Of a DNA stretch of 64,000 nt, positions 26,990 through 41,990 are shown one piece after another. Position 1 is the first letter of the stretch. Each line of letters begins with the position of its first letter. Position numbers and translations under genes: made by a program. The notes under the pieces are model-generated. The model was not told the DNA's origin and made no database searches. It saw only the letters and a program-made list of their open reading frames with translations. Where the stretch lies: positions 2,914,001-2,978,000 of the forward strand of contig NC_042997.1 in NCBI RefSeq assembly GCF_006345805.1, given 5' to 3'. The DNA comes from Octopus sinensis. Taxonomy: Eukaryota.

Positions 26990-27235
26990 GAGCACCACAA
27001 ACTTGTTATCTCCCCTTCTTCGTAGCTCTCCTGTGTGACCCTTCTGCACGGCCTTCGCAATGATAGATCGCTAGCCGGTACACATTCTTTATTTTATGTT
27101 CTTGTTTCTTTCTGTGTTATTTTCTGTGGAAGAGCGTAGGTTCGTCACGTAACGACTCTTTAATTTTCCCGAGCCTGAAACTAATACTTGTTCATACAGC
27201 TATCTTCGTCTTTTGCATTTCTATGAATTTTGACT
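26990..27235 (+). mobile_element. PLE-derived short repeat with decayed variant hammerhead (27121-27155)
   Basis: ttt-CTGTGGA-aGAGCgtagGTTC-GTCA-CG-TA. Homologous to 57780-57950. Confidence 0.55.
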
Positions 27236-27335
27236 ATGTATATATGTATGTGTTTTCGAGAGCATGTGTGTGCGTGTGTGTTTGAGTTTGTCTTAAAGTG
27301 TAGGTACACAGACACAGACACAGACACACACACAT

Positions 27336-27435
<100 letters not shown>

Positions 27436-27459
27436 TATATATATTGGGAGAATTATATA

Positions 27460-27622
27460 GGTGTAGTAGTGGCTGTGTGGTAAATACCTTGCTTACCAAC
27501 CACATGGTTCCGGGTTCAGCCCCACTGCTTAGCACCTTGGGCAAGGGTCTTCTACTATAGCCTCGGGCCGACCAAAGCCTTGTGAGTGGATGTGGTAGAT
27601 GGAAACTGACGGAAGCCCGTCG
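27460..27622 (+). mobile_element. SINE family A, 5' half
   Basis: Head, CORE-like block and GAAGCCCGTCG, followed by (TA)n. Confidence 0.85.
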
Positions 27623-27718
<96 letters not shown>

Positions 27719-27737
27719 ATATACATATACATATACA

Positions 27738-27852
<115 letters not shown>

Positions 27853-28876
27853 TATATGCGTGTGTGTGTATGTATGTGCGTGCCTGTGTGTTTGTGTATG
27901 TGTATTTTACATATATATATATATATTAATAGGATTTTGCAGAATTCCGAGAGGTATGCGTAGCTTCTGGTAGTATACTATGAGGGTTTAAATTCAATGA
28001 ATGTTATCCTGAATGATTTCCTGTTGAATAATCATCGCATACTGTCATCATCTACCTTCAGAACAATGCACGTAAAGCAATAAAATACACTTACTTGAAA
28101 GAAGGCTAGGAACTAAATAACTATCTGGTATAATCGGTTTCTTCCTAACATATGCGTCAATCTTGTAAATTTAATCGCATTACACCGACAAGGAACACAT
28201 ACATGTTCAAAAATATTTCTTGAAAAATCTAGGTCAGATGTTTAGTCACTGAAATATTTTCACTACAAAATTACTTGCAACGAGATTATCATCAACAACT
28301 ATATTGATTTGCAATGCATTTATAGTGCTTCTGAACGTCGTATTTATTATCAGAAAAGGTGTGCTTTTCGTTATTTGTATAGATGTTTCTGCTATTTTAA
28401 TTAATAGAAATATTTTCTTAACGTTATTCCAAATTAAGACATTAATTTTTAAATCAATATATTCCGAAAGCCTATTTTATAGTAGGGTTTGTACGACCTC
28501 TCACACCAAGAGTCACTTCTATGTGAATGATGCGTGTTAAGCGTTGATTTTTATGTTTCCTGTCAAATTATCAGGTTTAAACCCTACATGATCAACGTAC
28601 ACTTACCACTTTTTTTTTATTTTCACATCAGATTTTTATAATTTTATATAGTTATCTGATGATGTAATGAAACTGCTATATCAAGACTACATGTCATTAT
28701 TCGTTCATGTGGTGTATGTTTTCCGGATGTCATCATTTGAAATTCATGTGAGTTTTCCGTAAGTATTTCAATTCACACATTAGAGAGGTTAAATCTCCTA
28801 AACACTCCTGTGAATAAGTTACGCATAAACCCCTTCAGAAAGAACACGCTCATAGTCAGTATATATATATATATAT

Positions 28877-28951
<75 letters not shown>

Positions 28952-29097
28952 GGGAATATTATTCCAATTTACATGAAGCAATTCAACAATAATCTACTTA
29001 AATCATACCATATAGAAACGAATTAATGATACGATAAAGCATTTACCTAGTACTAAATAAAGTACGAAATAATAAAGAAATAGTATATAATTAGTAA

Positions 29098-29174
29098 ATA
29101 GGCTACACGAGTTTCGTTGCTATATTTTCTTAATAATATCAATTCAATTTAAATGTAATCGCTCATCAAGTCTA
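29098..29174 (-). ncRNA. Degenerate hammerhead motif with long helix II
   Basis: Minus strand reads tagac-TTGATGA-[~47 nt]-GAAA-CTCGTG-TA-gccta. Confidence 0.5.
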
Positions 29175-29319
29175 AGATAAAAACAATAACCTATTATACC
29201 TGCAATTTCCATAGTTTCTACAATTCAATTGATAGGTCCTGGTATATGTTAGTTCTTCTATACCCCTCATATTGACTTTGATATTATTTAGGGCTGTGGT
29301 ATCATTTACCTGGTGCTCT

Positions 29320-30080
29320 CTATTCTCCAGTGGATGATTTTCTCTAGATGTTTAAGTCTCTTTGTATTATCTCTGCGCCAGCATACTATATCTACTAACT
29401 ATATGAGTAACATATCCTTTTTTTGATTTACGTAACCTATATTGGGTATGTACACGAATTTTTTTCATCTTGGATTTTATAAAATTTAGTCCTTATTGTT
29501 TGATATGTTGCTGCTACTAACAAACTTTATGTCTTCGTTTTCTGTCTTCCATTCTTTAACATCTGTTTTTGTAACTATCTTTGGGAATCTACCATGAAAT
29601 CTATCTTGTAATCTACGTAAGAATTTAATGTGCAGTCAGATAATCTTACTTATTTCTTCAGATTTTTTATTAGATTCGGCTTTTTAATTTGTCTGTCTCT
29701 ACTGTTACTCTAGCATCACTTAATAAAATTTCCCCACTTTTAATACATACTATCTTATATACTGCCTAGTTAACTCCATACAGTCTTCTACTGATATTAA
29801 ACCACCTTCCTTTCTAAGTAAATATAATTTTGGTACACCTGCTCTAGGATGATAACTAATTCATATTGGATTCCTTCATAGTTCTGTCATCTAGAATTTC
29901 GTATTCGCCTTTTGCCTAATCTATAAAAGCAGTTGAATATCTAAGCAATGATACTTCCTAAGTATTTCCTGCCTTCACTAGATTTGGACTATTTAGCTTT
30001 CACTTCAATAACTTCCTCAATGCTCTGATGTACTCCTCAATTTTTCTCTTCTACTTCTTAAGTTAGTACTCTGTCAGATT
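29320..30080 (-). mobile_element. Decayed R4/Dong LINE fragment
   Basis: Remnants HPRAGVPKLY, GGLISVEDC, FHGRF and VTHIVS..SMLAQR.YK. Confidence 0.7.
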
Positions 30081-30109
30081 GTATTGTTGTTGTTGTTATT
30101 ATTATTGTC

Positions 30110-30470
30110 TTTTCACAGATTCTAACGCAGGAGATGTACTACGGTGACGGCTGTTCGCTACCAGTGAACTAAGGTAACACCCCTTATTTTTCGAGCACCA
30201 TCCGAAGTATTCGAGGGGTTCCAAGCAGAGCTGTTTTCTACACGTGCTCCAGCTTTATTGCAGCCCCTATTTGTTCCATGTACTTCTCAAGATTTTTACT
30301 TCTTCTTCCCAGGGCTCCGACAAATTTTGGTACTTCTACCACCTTTTCCATCGAACGCAACTCCTTCACCTCTCAAGCTAACGTGTCATATCTATCGACT
30401 TTTCGTTCTTCTTTATCGCATGATATATCTATGATCCAGCATCGTTTGCCATCTTCCTTTTCTTCTTCTT

Positions 30471-30472
<2 letters not shown>
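30110..30472 (-). mobile_element. R4/Dong LINE 3' fragment (REL C-terminus and 3' UTR)
   Basis: CWIIDISC...KVDRYD...VGALG...KTALLGTPRILRMVLEK*, abutting (TAA)n. Confidence 0.82.
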
Positions 30473-30542
<70 letters not shown>

Positions 30543-30627
30543 GTTACTATCATTATTATTATTATTGTTACTATCATTATTATTATTATTGTTACTATCA
30601 TTATTATTATTATTATTATTGTTACTA

Positions 30628-30667
<40 letters not shown>
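30473..30667. repeat. (TTA)n with a higher-order TGTTACTATCA(TTA)n unit repeated three times
   Basis: Directly visible. Confidence 0.9.
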
Positions 30668-30669
<2 letters not shown>

Positions 30670-30999
30670 GTTTTTCATTTGTTTTCTATTTGTACGAGTT
30701 GACTACGATTTTCATGCAGAGACATGAAGAGTAGACGAGTTGGAAATTCAAGGGGATGTTACGACTATGATGTAGTGTTTAGTTTTGGGCACAAAGTATT
30801 GTTCTAGAGAATATCCGTCTAAACATAAGTTAATTAGAAGTCTGCAATTTGATTATATGACTGTGTTATGGTAAAAATACAGTAGAAGATGTTAGCTATT
30901 ATGTACGTTTAAATGCATTTTGACACTGTTTACAGATTAAAATGTTTCGGGGGATTACATGCGCAATATTTTACGTAGTATAGGGATAGTTTCCACGAG

Positions 31000-32310
31000 C
31001 ACTATCTTTTGTTTTTTCCCATTTTTGGGTCTCCTGGTATCTTGGATAGGTAGCACCCACCCACTTATACTGCAATTCCTTGGGTACCCATGACAACATG
31101 TATCGTTTTATTCTTGGGGCGCCATACTGAGTCAATTTTTATATCAATATCTTTATACTAGCTAAGTCTTGACAGATATATTTATGTCAATTAGGACAGT
31201 CATATTGATGAGGAGGTTTGATTTTTATCTGAAATACTTTAGTATAATGTCTAGCCTATTAACATTTAAGTTTCTATTAGTTTCAACAGTAAATTTCCAA
31301 AGGATTGAGATGTAGTCATGTGCAAGCATCGGATTTTATCATGCGACAGATCCATATCTTCGCAAATTATTCTGTACTGCTCTATCATGCATGTTGAGAT
31401 AATCTGTAGTCGCAAGAAGATTGCACACGAACACAACATAATCGATGGTTTCATTATGTTGTTTATGTACACGAAATGGGCTACTGCTTCTTTTATGATT
31501 TTGGACTGATAGATTCTTGTAGGTTGGTATTGATCTTCGGCTATTATGATGAACCTTTCTGCCTCTGATTTTAAGCCATAAGATTCTAATCATCGATGTG
31601 TAAGCGTTTGTGAACATCCGCATTATGAACTCTCTTTGAGTGTTTACAATTGAAAGGTTTCCCTTGACATTTATCCGTAAGAATATCAAAGGCGGCTGTT
31701 TTAGCAAGGTTTGTCAGTACGTCTAAATCTGGGATTTGTTGTATTTGGAATTCACTTAGACATTTCTTTGCTTGTTTACTTACTGAATATTAAATCTTCT
31801 TGTTTTTATGCTTCAAGACATGTTTTAGCATCCAGTTGTCAAACTGTCTCCGTTAAGTGTATATACCAACTGTGGCAATCTTCCTTGTCAACCCCTGTTG
31901 CAAAATTTCATGGCTATCTTCCTTTCTTGGCAGGTAAATTCGTTCTGCTTCTGCTCTAGGATGATGCATTCTATTCATTGTCAACAATTTTCGCATTTTT
32001 CTGTCACCATTATAAATTGTAATAAGTGACCAGTTAATAACATTGAAACTCTAAATCACGACGTGTATGGGATAAGACATGATGGTGTCGGTCATCTCTC
32101 TTGCATTATGCTCTGTCTTGAGTATTGCACTTACCCTAAGATAACATTCTTTTCTGATCGTTTGCCTCATCATTGAATGTTTCAGTCTATCAGCTCCAAA
32201 GACCGCTAGGTATCAGTAGCTCTGTGCTGGTTTCTACCTCATTTATAACATTCTGTTGGTCAAGATTTACATTGGATGTTTCTATTAGTTTCCCTCTGAA
32301 ATGATTGTTA
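31000..32310 (-). mobile_element. Highly decayed R4/Dong RT-region fragments
   Basis: GKLIETSNVNLDQQNVINEVE resembles GKLVKSNNIRLDKTNEIKELD of the 4300-5874 copy. Confidence 0.45.
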
Positions 32311-32359
32311 ACATTATTTATATACACACAACAGATTACACTGTTAAAAATGGAAAATT

Positions 32360-33690
32360 CCTGTCATCGGGCTACAAGTACCTTGGATGCCAAAATCCTC
32401 CTACGTAACCTAGCTTTCCCTAATAGCACTGCTTTCTGGAACTGTACTAAACTAGGTTTATGCCTAATTCCTCTATCTATGTTTTCAAATATTTAGCCAT
32501 AGTTCCTAATGCACCTAAAAATACTTGGATACATTTTAAAAACACTTTCCATAGTCTCTGTAATTCAATGGCTTGTCATGGTAATTTGCTATACGCCTCA
32601 TATTGATTTTTCATTATTTGGGACTGCAAAGTGAATTATCTGTCAATTTTTCTTCTTTTTATAGACTAATACTAAGTCAGGCCTTCTAGCGTCTATTACT
32701 CTGTCAGTCCCACGACGCCTTATATTTTTTACGTTCTAGTAGTTTATTAGGTTCACAACACTTCTCTGTGCGATCATATCCTAGTTTTCTACATTATTCC
32801 CAGTGGATTATTCATGACTTTCCTTTTACCCTTTCTGTGCCAGCATACTACAAATATTACTATATGAGTAACTCTTATGATTTGCATAACCCGCATCAAG
32901 AATCTATTTGGTTTTTTGTCTATATTGGCTTGTATCCAACTAATTCTAAGTGCTTGATCTTCTGCTGCTACAAACAATCTTATTGTCTTCCTTTTCATCT
33001 TTCATTACTGTAACCATAACTCACTACTATTATTTACTACAAATATCTTTGGGAATTTAATATGGAATGCCTTCTGCCACTCAGATAATTTCTGTCCTTT
33101 TTTCTGGTCTTTAACTTCTATTGCCTTTTGGTCTCGCTATCGCATAGTGTGATTCTAGCAGCTATTAATAAACTTTCTTCACACTAACATACTTAGGAAT
33201 CTATATCTACTCTAGCAAACTCCACGCAGTATGCTACTGATTTTGACCCTCTTCCATCTCCTTCCTACGGAAATATAATCTTGCAATTCCTGTCCTTGGT
33301 TGGAGTCCTCCAATTATTGAATTCACTCCTAGATCTTCGGTCTAATTCTACTAATTCAGTTTTTGCCCCATCTATAAAAAATAATCAGGATTTAAGTATA
33401 GATACTGCCCAAGTAGATTTACGACCTTTACTAGATTAGAACAGTATAGCTTTGATTTCATTAGCTTCCTCGCACTTTTGATGTACTCCTTTTCAATTTT
33501 CGTTATCGTTTCTGTATTTAGCACTGTATCAGATTCTAATGCACCTAGATACATATAAGTCTTTCCTTGTTTGAATGATTTTAATGTCTGTCAATCTGGC
33601 AATTTGATGCGTTCACTGTTGCCTACATGTAACTTTCTCATAACTTATTATTGCATACTTATCTATGCCAAATTCATGGCTATATCTTTG
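32360..33690 (-). mobile_element. Decayed R4/Dong LINE 3' portion
   Basis: YLGALESDTV...KEYIKSARKLMKSKL, AAEDQALR, IDARRPDLVL and QKAVLLG. Confidence 0.8.
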
Positions 33691-35187
33691 CAGTACTATT
33701 ATTATTAGTATTATTACTTGTAGACATTCGATGTTGATATCAGAACAAATAATCTGTAAACAGATGGATAAATCAATTTTCGGCTAAGTTGGGATTATCA
33801 CTGATTGTTATAATTAAAAGAAGTGGAGGTAACTGCACTTCTTATTTTGGGTAAATCGAATTAAATAAATTGAGCTAAATAAATGGATGACTAACTGTAA
33901 CTTCATGAGATTGCTGCTACAAATGTATAAGAGAAGCAGAAATGTCATGAAGACAGAAATCAACGTTACTTAAGGAACAAATTCGCTTCCCAGGATACAC
34001 ACAAATACCTGTAAGCGAACACATAAATAGATGTGCAGAGTCAACAACGAAACTTCAAAATGTTCCTTTTATATAAATATAGTGGAACAAATTTTGAACA
34101 AGAGCGTATAGATAAAACCTTTAATTGAAAAAGTCAACAGATGTTCCAGGGGAAAATAGACTTCCTAAAAATCACCCATTATATTATATTCATAACCGAT
34201 ACTTTTTCAATATTCGTTCAGTAAAGATATACGTAACGAATGATCGTCTACCTATAATGAAGTTATAGAACACGCTAATACAAAGAGGTAGATATAACTT
34301 CCTCTGTAAAATATAAAAACACGAAACAAATATGTATTTAAAACATTGTAAAATCCTGCGCACACAATGAAAATATTTCAAACGAAATATGAAACACAAC
34401 CAAATAAATCGCTAACTAAAAAAAAAATTATAAAATTGCTAACGAAGTTCGACACAATTATGTCAGTCTACAAATGCATCAAAGTAAAGATTCGTTGATA
34501 AACCACAAAGGCACCAGCAAATAAAGAACATTATTGCATTTCATCTGCATTAGAGACAATTTACAAATGTAGGCATTTTCATATTATTGCATACAAATAT
34601 TCCTGAACTTTCTAGCATAATTACGCCTCCTTAATGCATCTGTGCATTTCGAAGCCATACATAGGATATTATCAATGATAGACTTAATTACTTTGTCAGT
34701 ATGCACAGAAATAACTGTCTGATGAATAGTTTATTGCTTTAAGTAAAACAGTTTAACGAGATCGTTTGAATTTTTAACTGCTTTTGTTCTAGAAACTCAT
34801 GCTAAGCAATTTGGGCGCAGACTGTTCAACACTAGTTACATTTCTATATATAAGTATGTACGAAAATTAAATAAATATATAAGTAAAAATTAAATTTAAA
34901 ATTTATTATAAACTTTTGCAGTTATACGTGAATTACATGCAACGTACTACCTATGAAATATTTATTAATAGTGAATTGCCAGACGTATACATATATTCAG
35001 CCAGGTATCGCTAAAATTCAGCAGAGAAAACTTCGTATCTTTAGAGTAATTTTCTCTTGTGGCAGCTGACCAGTATTCATTTGATTATTTATTTATAGAA
35101 CGCCTTGATTATAGAGTTGCTATTTGGAAATAGAGTTATTTCATTAGTCTCACTCAGGAGCAACGCTGTTGGTGCTAAATCAATATA

Positions 35188-36268
35188 CAGACGTACCCCG
35201 GCTTAAAGCGTTTCCATTTAAGTTTTTCTCGATTATAAGTCGGTTTTCAAAAGTAAGGAAAGTAAAATTCTAGTTAAGGCATTTTACTCGACTTTACGTC
35301 TGTCCGCCACAACTATTGGAATCATAAAATTACTAGAAACCGTTAAAGCGCATAAAATCAATTTTTGAATGATTTAGAGGGGTTTGATAATGTTGCTATC
35401 AACAAAGCGAATGTGACTACGAGGAATCATACGGAAAAGGATTTCGAGGAAGAGGACTGCAAAAATTTATTTGGAAAAGACAAGCAGCTCCTGACGAACC
35501 AGGATTTGATAGAGCTTTATGAGTAACAAAATAAAGAAGTAGAAATCGAACTTGAGCCACGTCACTTTATCATTAAGAAAATGCAGCATGCATTTGCATA
35601 TATTGAAAAATGCATTTCTATAATCGAGGATATAAATCCAAATGCCCAACGCTTGTCGAATATTAAGGGGCTTGTCGCGAAGCTTTTTCCCCTTATGAAG
35701 TAATCCATGAGGAAAAGATGACAGTTCAAAAAACTCTCAATTGTGTTTTTTTAAGAGCATCGTGCGATAAGGACAGCCAGAGTCAGCTGTTGGTGTTGAC
35801 AATACACAGCCATATACAACCGCGACGCACACCACCAAAATGCATGTACGTATTGGTAAATTTAATATAATTTAGATTTTTATTACTGCAAATAATAATA
35901 ATAATAATAAATACTGAATTTAATTTTTAAGCTTAAGCATGCTTTTATTTTATCATAGTCTTATTGGAAACCGCATTCATAAATAAAGCATCCGTGAAGT
36001 AGCGTAAACACCACCAAATTGTATTCGTAAAATTAGATTACTCTTTTTCTTTTTACTGTACTGTAGTAAAAATTAAATATTTGTTTGTAAGCTTAAAATA
36101 GGTTTTTATAAACCATGAATAATTAAAAATTCATTCATACTTAAATAACAAACGCGGGAATGGTTATTATCGGTTTAGCCTAGAGAGAAGTTAATTCTAC
36201 TTAATTCGTTTTTTAACTTAATTCGTGTCTCTTGAAACCTATTAACGACGTAAGGTGTGGTATGCCTG
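35188..36268 (+). mobile_element. Tigger/pogo-type DNA transposon, internally deleted
   Basis: Imperfect TIRs CAGACGTACCCCGGCTTA and (rc) CAGGCATACCACACCTTA with TA on both sides. Internal transposase C-terminal remnant LTNQDLIEL...INPNAQR. Confidence 0.72.
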
Positions 36269-37079
36269 TACAATTGGAGAATACTGTACGCAAATTTTTC
36301 CCATTGATAGCGTTTCAATCTTCAATATTTTTACAGCCTGGCTGAATCGTACATTTGAAATACTTCATCGAACATCGTACGTTTGTAATACTTTGAGTTC
36401 GACGTCTATAGTAACCATTTAAGATTCATTTTCCCATTGAATGTATTCATTTCCTCTCTTGATAGTTTATTTCAATTCTTCAAAAAATATCTAGCTCCAT
36501 TCGATTCAATAGGGAAAAAAGTAAATACAAACCAATAGGTAAAGCAGCAGAAACCGTAAAATGTAGTACTGTCCTACTTGGAAAAAAGTGATTGCCCTAT
36601 TATTTCTGACACAAAGATATATCTCAGGAAATTTATCGGCCGAAACTGAGAATTTGGAAGAATGACAACGTCATTCATGAACGAGTGCGCGCAAAAACAA
36701 GCTTCTGGGATAGACGGTATTACGCTGAGCATCTAAAAAAACAGTCGATTGAATTCGTACGCACACAAAGAAGATAAATGTGGAGGCTGGTACACAGAAG
36801 AGACAATGAGGTTCGATGATTTAAACATGTTACTTTATAAAATTTTAACGAGTTGTCATAAACATGCAGTAAAATGCAGGATAAATGGACATAATTTACA
36901 TCGTGAGTGTGAAATTCCGAAACACGAGTTTTCGAAATATGCCATATGTATCTAATTAGTACAACATGCGAAAGCCATTTGGTGAGCCTTATAAATTGTT
37001 ATGATCTGAAGTTCTAGAAAACTTTAACAACTAACACATACCAAGGAATATATCAAGATGCAATAACAATCCTACACTT

Positions 37080-37586
37080 TGTACACAAGTTCCAATTAGA
37101 GGAAACTTTTCAAGTTGTTGAAGATAACGATGAACAGTTATATGACTTGAACTAAGCTTTATTGCCAATTCTTGAACTGGTAATGCAGGATTTTCTTCAA
37201 ATAATGCAAAGGAGCTTATCATCAAACTCAACTGGACGCCCTGTTCGATCTTCATCTTCAGGGTTGAAATCTCCACTGCTGAATTTGGCAAACCATCTTC
37301 TGCAAGTTCTTTCGTACAAGCATTCTTTCCCATAAACTGCAGAGATTCCTTCTTTGTACTCCTAAAGAATTATGTGCCTTAAATGCTCTTTGGATACTTC
37401 CACGTTAAAAAGGGTTTTAACCAAAGAAATTTTAGTTCTACTATTCTGTATAATATTTAATTAGTTTAAATGTAGAAAAATGCATAAAAAATATTTTTCA
37501 ATTCCATTAGACATTCTAAAATACTAGTAAATTTCATTCAATTTTTAAGAAAATAACACCGGACAGAACTTATGGGATGACCTGAT
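37080..37586 (-). mobile_element. mariner transposon 5' remnant
   Basis: TIR ATCAGGTCATCCCATAAGTTCTGTCCG. HTH remnant ERTCRRWFAKF..GDF...EDRTGRP and EENPAL.VQELA..L. Confidence 0.8.
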
Positions 37587-37906
37587 GCATATACCTAGAT
37601 ATATGTGTCAATCTTTTCGCCTATAGATATTCATATATATGAATCTATATATTTATCGTTTTTCATTAGTCTTATATACTTCAATCATTGGTATGTATCT
37701 TTAATAGTCCAAGAAATCGATTCAACTTTATGTTTTTCAGGTTGTTGCTTATTCTATTGGAGTGTTTGCCCAAGTGCTAATTTACGGGGTCGTATGCACA
37801 CCTCATAGTGAGTGACAAGCGGCGGTTGAACAGACGCGTGTACATATAATGCATGTGTGTGTGTGTGCGTGTATAAATTTAGATATACATACACACACAA
37901 ACACAT

Positions 37907-37940
<34 letters not shown>

Positions 37941-38512
37941 TTATATACATATATATAGATATTTACACACACATACATACATACATACATATATATGTAT
38001 GTGCGGATGTATATATGAATGCATATGAATAATTACATATACGTTAACATAGAGATTAAGCGTGGAAGAGTTAGGCCACAGAGAGGAAAAGGGAAACTAA
38101 TAAACAAATGGAAACAATGGTTTTCCGTTAGATTTCTACATGTATTCTGACGAGTAGTGCCTCGACTTGCAAGCTGACCTGCGTTTTCTCTCCCCTTTAA
38201 TTTCCTCTTAAGAAAATGAAAACGCTGAGATTCAACGGAAACTTGATTTGAGGACCGTCTGTACTAATTAAGATTACATTGTTCGTAATATATTATTATT
38301 GCTGCTTGTTATGTCTAAATGACGGCAACATTTAGCCAGATCTTCTTACAAGGAAATTGTGTATCACTGCTGTATGGTCGATAATATGAGTGACTTTCAG
38401 GAATGGGTATTGATTGGAATCGAGTACGACAAAATCAGCAAAAGTTTTCACCGTATTGCAACGCGAGAAACATCATCATCATCATCATTATTATATTATT
38501 TTATTATTATTA

Positions 38513-38572
<60 letters not shown>

Positions 38573-40049
38573 CATTATCATCATCATTATTATTATTAAT
38601 AGTTCAAGATATGAAATGAAAATCATTCAAGACCAGTGTTACGTAATTATAATGTCGCATGCCATTCAACATAACGTTGTTTCGCAACTGCCATTTCTCT
38701 GTAATTTTACAGTTAATACACATTTACCAGGTAGTGAAAATACATGCGATTTGTATCAGACCTTGTATATTAGAAGTACCTATCCTATACATGCTTCTGA
38801 TGATAAGCATTATTTGCTGTAATTGGAAATCAGCATGTCTAAGTACAAAATTACATATTCTAACAAATTTATGGTACCATTCTACTGTTTATCCTACCTA
38901 CCAATTGCCAGTATATTTATATCAAAGGAAACAGCCAGACATTGATGTAATCCTTTATGGAATGAATCGACATAAAAATCATTAATGTAATTCTTAAAAT
39001 GTGTATCAGGAAGGGAGGCGTTTTTACGTTCGTTTTGAGTTCTGCAAAATAGGATTTGTAAGCAAGGTTTATTGTTTAATGAATAGATTCGCATATCTGT
39101 TACAATTGTTACCGTTCCTAGCATGATGAAAGGCAATTTCTAAAGAAAGAGTCTTAAAATTGTTTTACATTTCCGATTTCCCCTGTTAACAAGCATACCT
39201 CATAACGCCATCCTCTATAATGAGTGGAGCGGATGTAGATCGCAAATATTGATTATATTAAAGGAAATGTAAAAATATTGGGAATAAGAAGTCGGAAATT
39301 AGATTATTAAAAAATAGTACGCGCAAATTTTCAGCTGCGCATACGTAACATGTAGCCAATAATGTCTATAGGGGAATATATAAGATTTAGGTTTCCACAC
39401 CATATTTAAAAACGACCTATTCATTTGCAATAACTTTGATATCTGTTATACCAGTTCAAAGCTAATAATGTATCTTTAGCAGAAGAAACTAATGATGACT
39501 TTGAATTTTTCAATTATATTCCGTAAAATTTCACGATGAGCTAAGTTTGCAGGCAAAAGTTTATCTGGTATTGATCTAGCTACCGATACTAATTTCATTT
39601 ATGTTTTCGAAAATACTCACACCATGAAACATAACAAACTTTATCGATTATAGTAGTTTTGAAATATCAAAACACTAAATTCAATTGAAACGGAACCAAA
39701 CCTTATAAATAAAAATAAATCAAATATATTTCTTGGATTATTATTAATTATTCTCCTGTCGTTCTACAAAATTGAAACAAAATGTGAATATGGGGCTTAC
39801 AAGTAGTTGTGATGAAACAAAATGGTGGTAACATGAAAATAAAACAAAAGTAAATGAATATTCTAGTGACCTTTCAAATATATTTCATTAATTATTTTTT
39901 ATTTCTTGTTCATTTAAAATTATGCATACATTCCATTTACTTTTTTTATCTAAATAAAATAAGCGTTATATTTATGAAAAAGCTTACAACTAATAAATCG
40001 ATCATTATTTTTTAAAGAATTTTGTATCAGAGTTGATGAAGAAGAGAAA

Positions 40050-40480
40050 TGATGTTTATTGATTCCAACTAAACGATCATGGCACTACTCGAGAATTAGA
40101 AATGATTGTAATAACACCATTGACCAGGTGATACAAACTTTCAAATGTAATTCTTAAGAAACATATCATATCACAAGCCTTTTAATTCTTACAGAATGGA
40201 CCAAACATATGCACCAGCATATACCCAAGGTGGGTTTACATAGAAAGGGTTCTCCTTTGTGTCCACCAATATCATATTCAGAAAGAATTCAGTTAAAACT
40301 TAAATCCTTGTTCATTGTGTCGTACACAGAACAATAACTTTATTGTTCCAAAAGGAAATTCTCAAGCACTCAAGAATAATTCTGCTTGTTTATATATTTG
40401 TATCTTAATATCTGGTTTCAGCCGATGAAAAAGACTATGTTTGAGAGTAAAAGCAGAGAGAAAACCAAAGAGATTTATTT
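40050..40480 (+). mobile_element. Possible decayed Penelope RT fragment
   Basis: LHRKGSPLCPPISY resembles the PLE motif KIHK.G.PLRPIIS. Only one motif is recognised. Confidence 0.3.
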
Positions 40481-40768
40481 AGAGAGACACAGCGATCAAA
40501 GACATTGTAGGCCGGTGTGTTCAAATAAATTTCTCCACTCAAATAATTGGCCAGGGGTAGGGGAGGCAATTGCAAAAACAAAAACGAAAAGAGAAAACAA
40601 AGAAGAATATATGACGGAGAAATATATATATATCAATTAAATCGAAATACGCGTGCACATACCCATACACACATGCAGAATGATCCATGTGTAATGGATG
40701 AATTTAAACATATAAAAAACATAATAAAGGAGCACGCATTCTCATCAAAACACACATGCACGCACATA

Positions 40769-40818
<50 letters not shown>

Positions 40819-41049
40819 ACATAGTAAATAGGGTAATAAAAATAAATTCTTATTACCAGTGACCTAGCACAAAAGACGAATTAGTCATTAGAACATACGT
40901 TATTCATATATAAATACATTAAAAGGGTTCCAAATAAAGAAGCAAGTGCTAGATACACAAGAATGGGATAAATTCATGATATGGAGTGAAAATTAAAAAC
41001 GTTTACCATCTCAGCTATTCCTGTACTGTAGTTTCATCTTCTTTTTAGC

Positions 41050-41104
<55 letters not shown>

Positions 41105-41109
41105 ATATA

Positions 41110-41990
41110 GTAGTAACAGAAAAGAGGAATTTCGGTTGTCCCCAGGTGGTGGGTTGTAATGTATATAAGAAATTAAAAAAGGAAAATACGCACATTTACA
41201 TGGTTTTAATATAATTTTTAATATATGGACCGGTTTCGCTATCGCTATTCATGATATAATGTTTAATTTATTTGTATATATATTTTTTCTTAAGACGAAG
41301 TTTGGTCCATGTTGTGTCTGATGAAATTCACGAGTGAATGACTTCACAAGTAGACAAATAAAGGGAGGTAATTGGTTGTTATTATTGTTATTGTTGTGTG
41401 TAAGGAAGATAACTGTTCAGGTTTTGATAATTGGTGAGGAATAAATATGTGTACAGAAATGAGACAGGTTTTTTAAAAAGCCCTTGTTTAGTAGGGGATT
41501 TATGTACAGTGATGTAATATGTAAAAATTTAAAAGTTGGTTATGCGTGCATATTAAGACGTGATTTGTATTTTTCAATGAAAAAAGTTTCTTTATTTAAG
41601 CGTTCTAGTTGAGAGATTGCGTCTTGCACTGGTAGAAAGGGAAGACTGTGAAATTTGGTTTGATGTTACCTGCACATTTTTCTATGTGTTCACTGAGACG
41701 AATTTGTCTGTATTGCGGGAAACAGATTTGTTCCTTATGCAGAGTAATTCTCTTTCTCAAAGATAAAGTTGTTTGTCCAGTGTACTGATGACCGTAACCC
41801 GAGCAGGTAATTACATAAATTAGATTCTCAGAGGCACAGCTGAAATTAGTCTTAATTGTGAACCTCTGTCCTTGTTTTAAAAGGAAATCCGAGCCTTCAA
41901 GCTAGTTGGGGCAGGTTCCACAGTTCGGGCGTCCACATTTTACAACCGTTGGTTTCGTGGTTGTTTTGTAAAGTTTCGCATTTGTTAGTG
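41110..41990 (-). mobile_element. Penelope-like (Neptune-type) GIY-YIG endonuclease and 3' end remnant
   Basis: KCGRPNCGTCP...FSCASENLIYVITCSGYGHQYTGQT..LRKRITLH...EHIEKC. A partial hammerhead half GAAACCGGTC lies at ~41228-41237. Confidence 0.85.

Noticed and set aside
36640-36740. KQASGIDGIT, resembling the LINE pre-RT motif
   Set aside because: A single short motif with no other recognisable RT sequence.
41318-41345. Plus-strand CTGATGA-aATTCACgaGTGAAT hairpin as a hammerhead
   Set aside because: It is followed by GACTT rather than GAAA, with no cleavage triplet or helix I.
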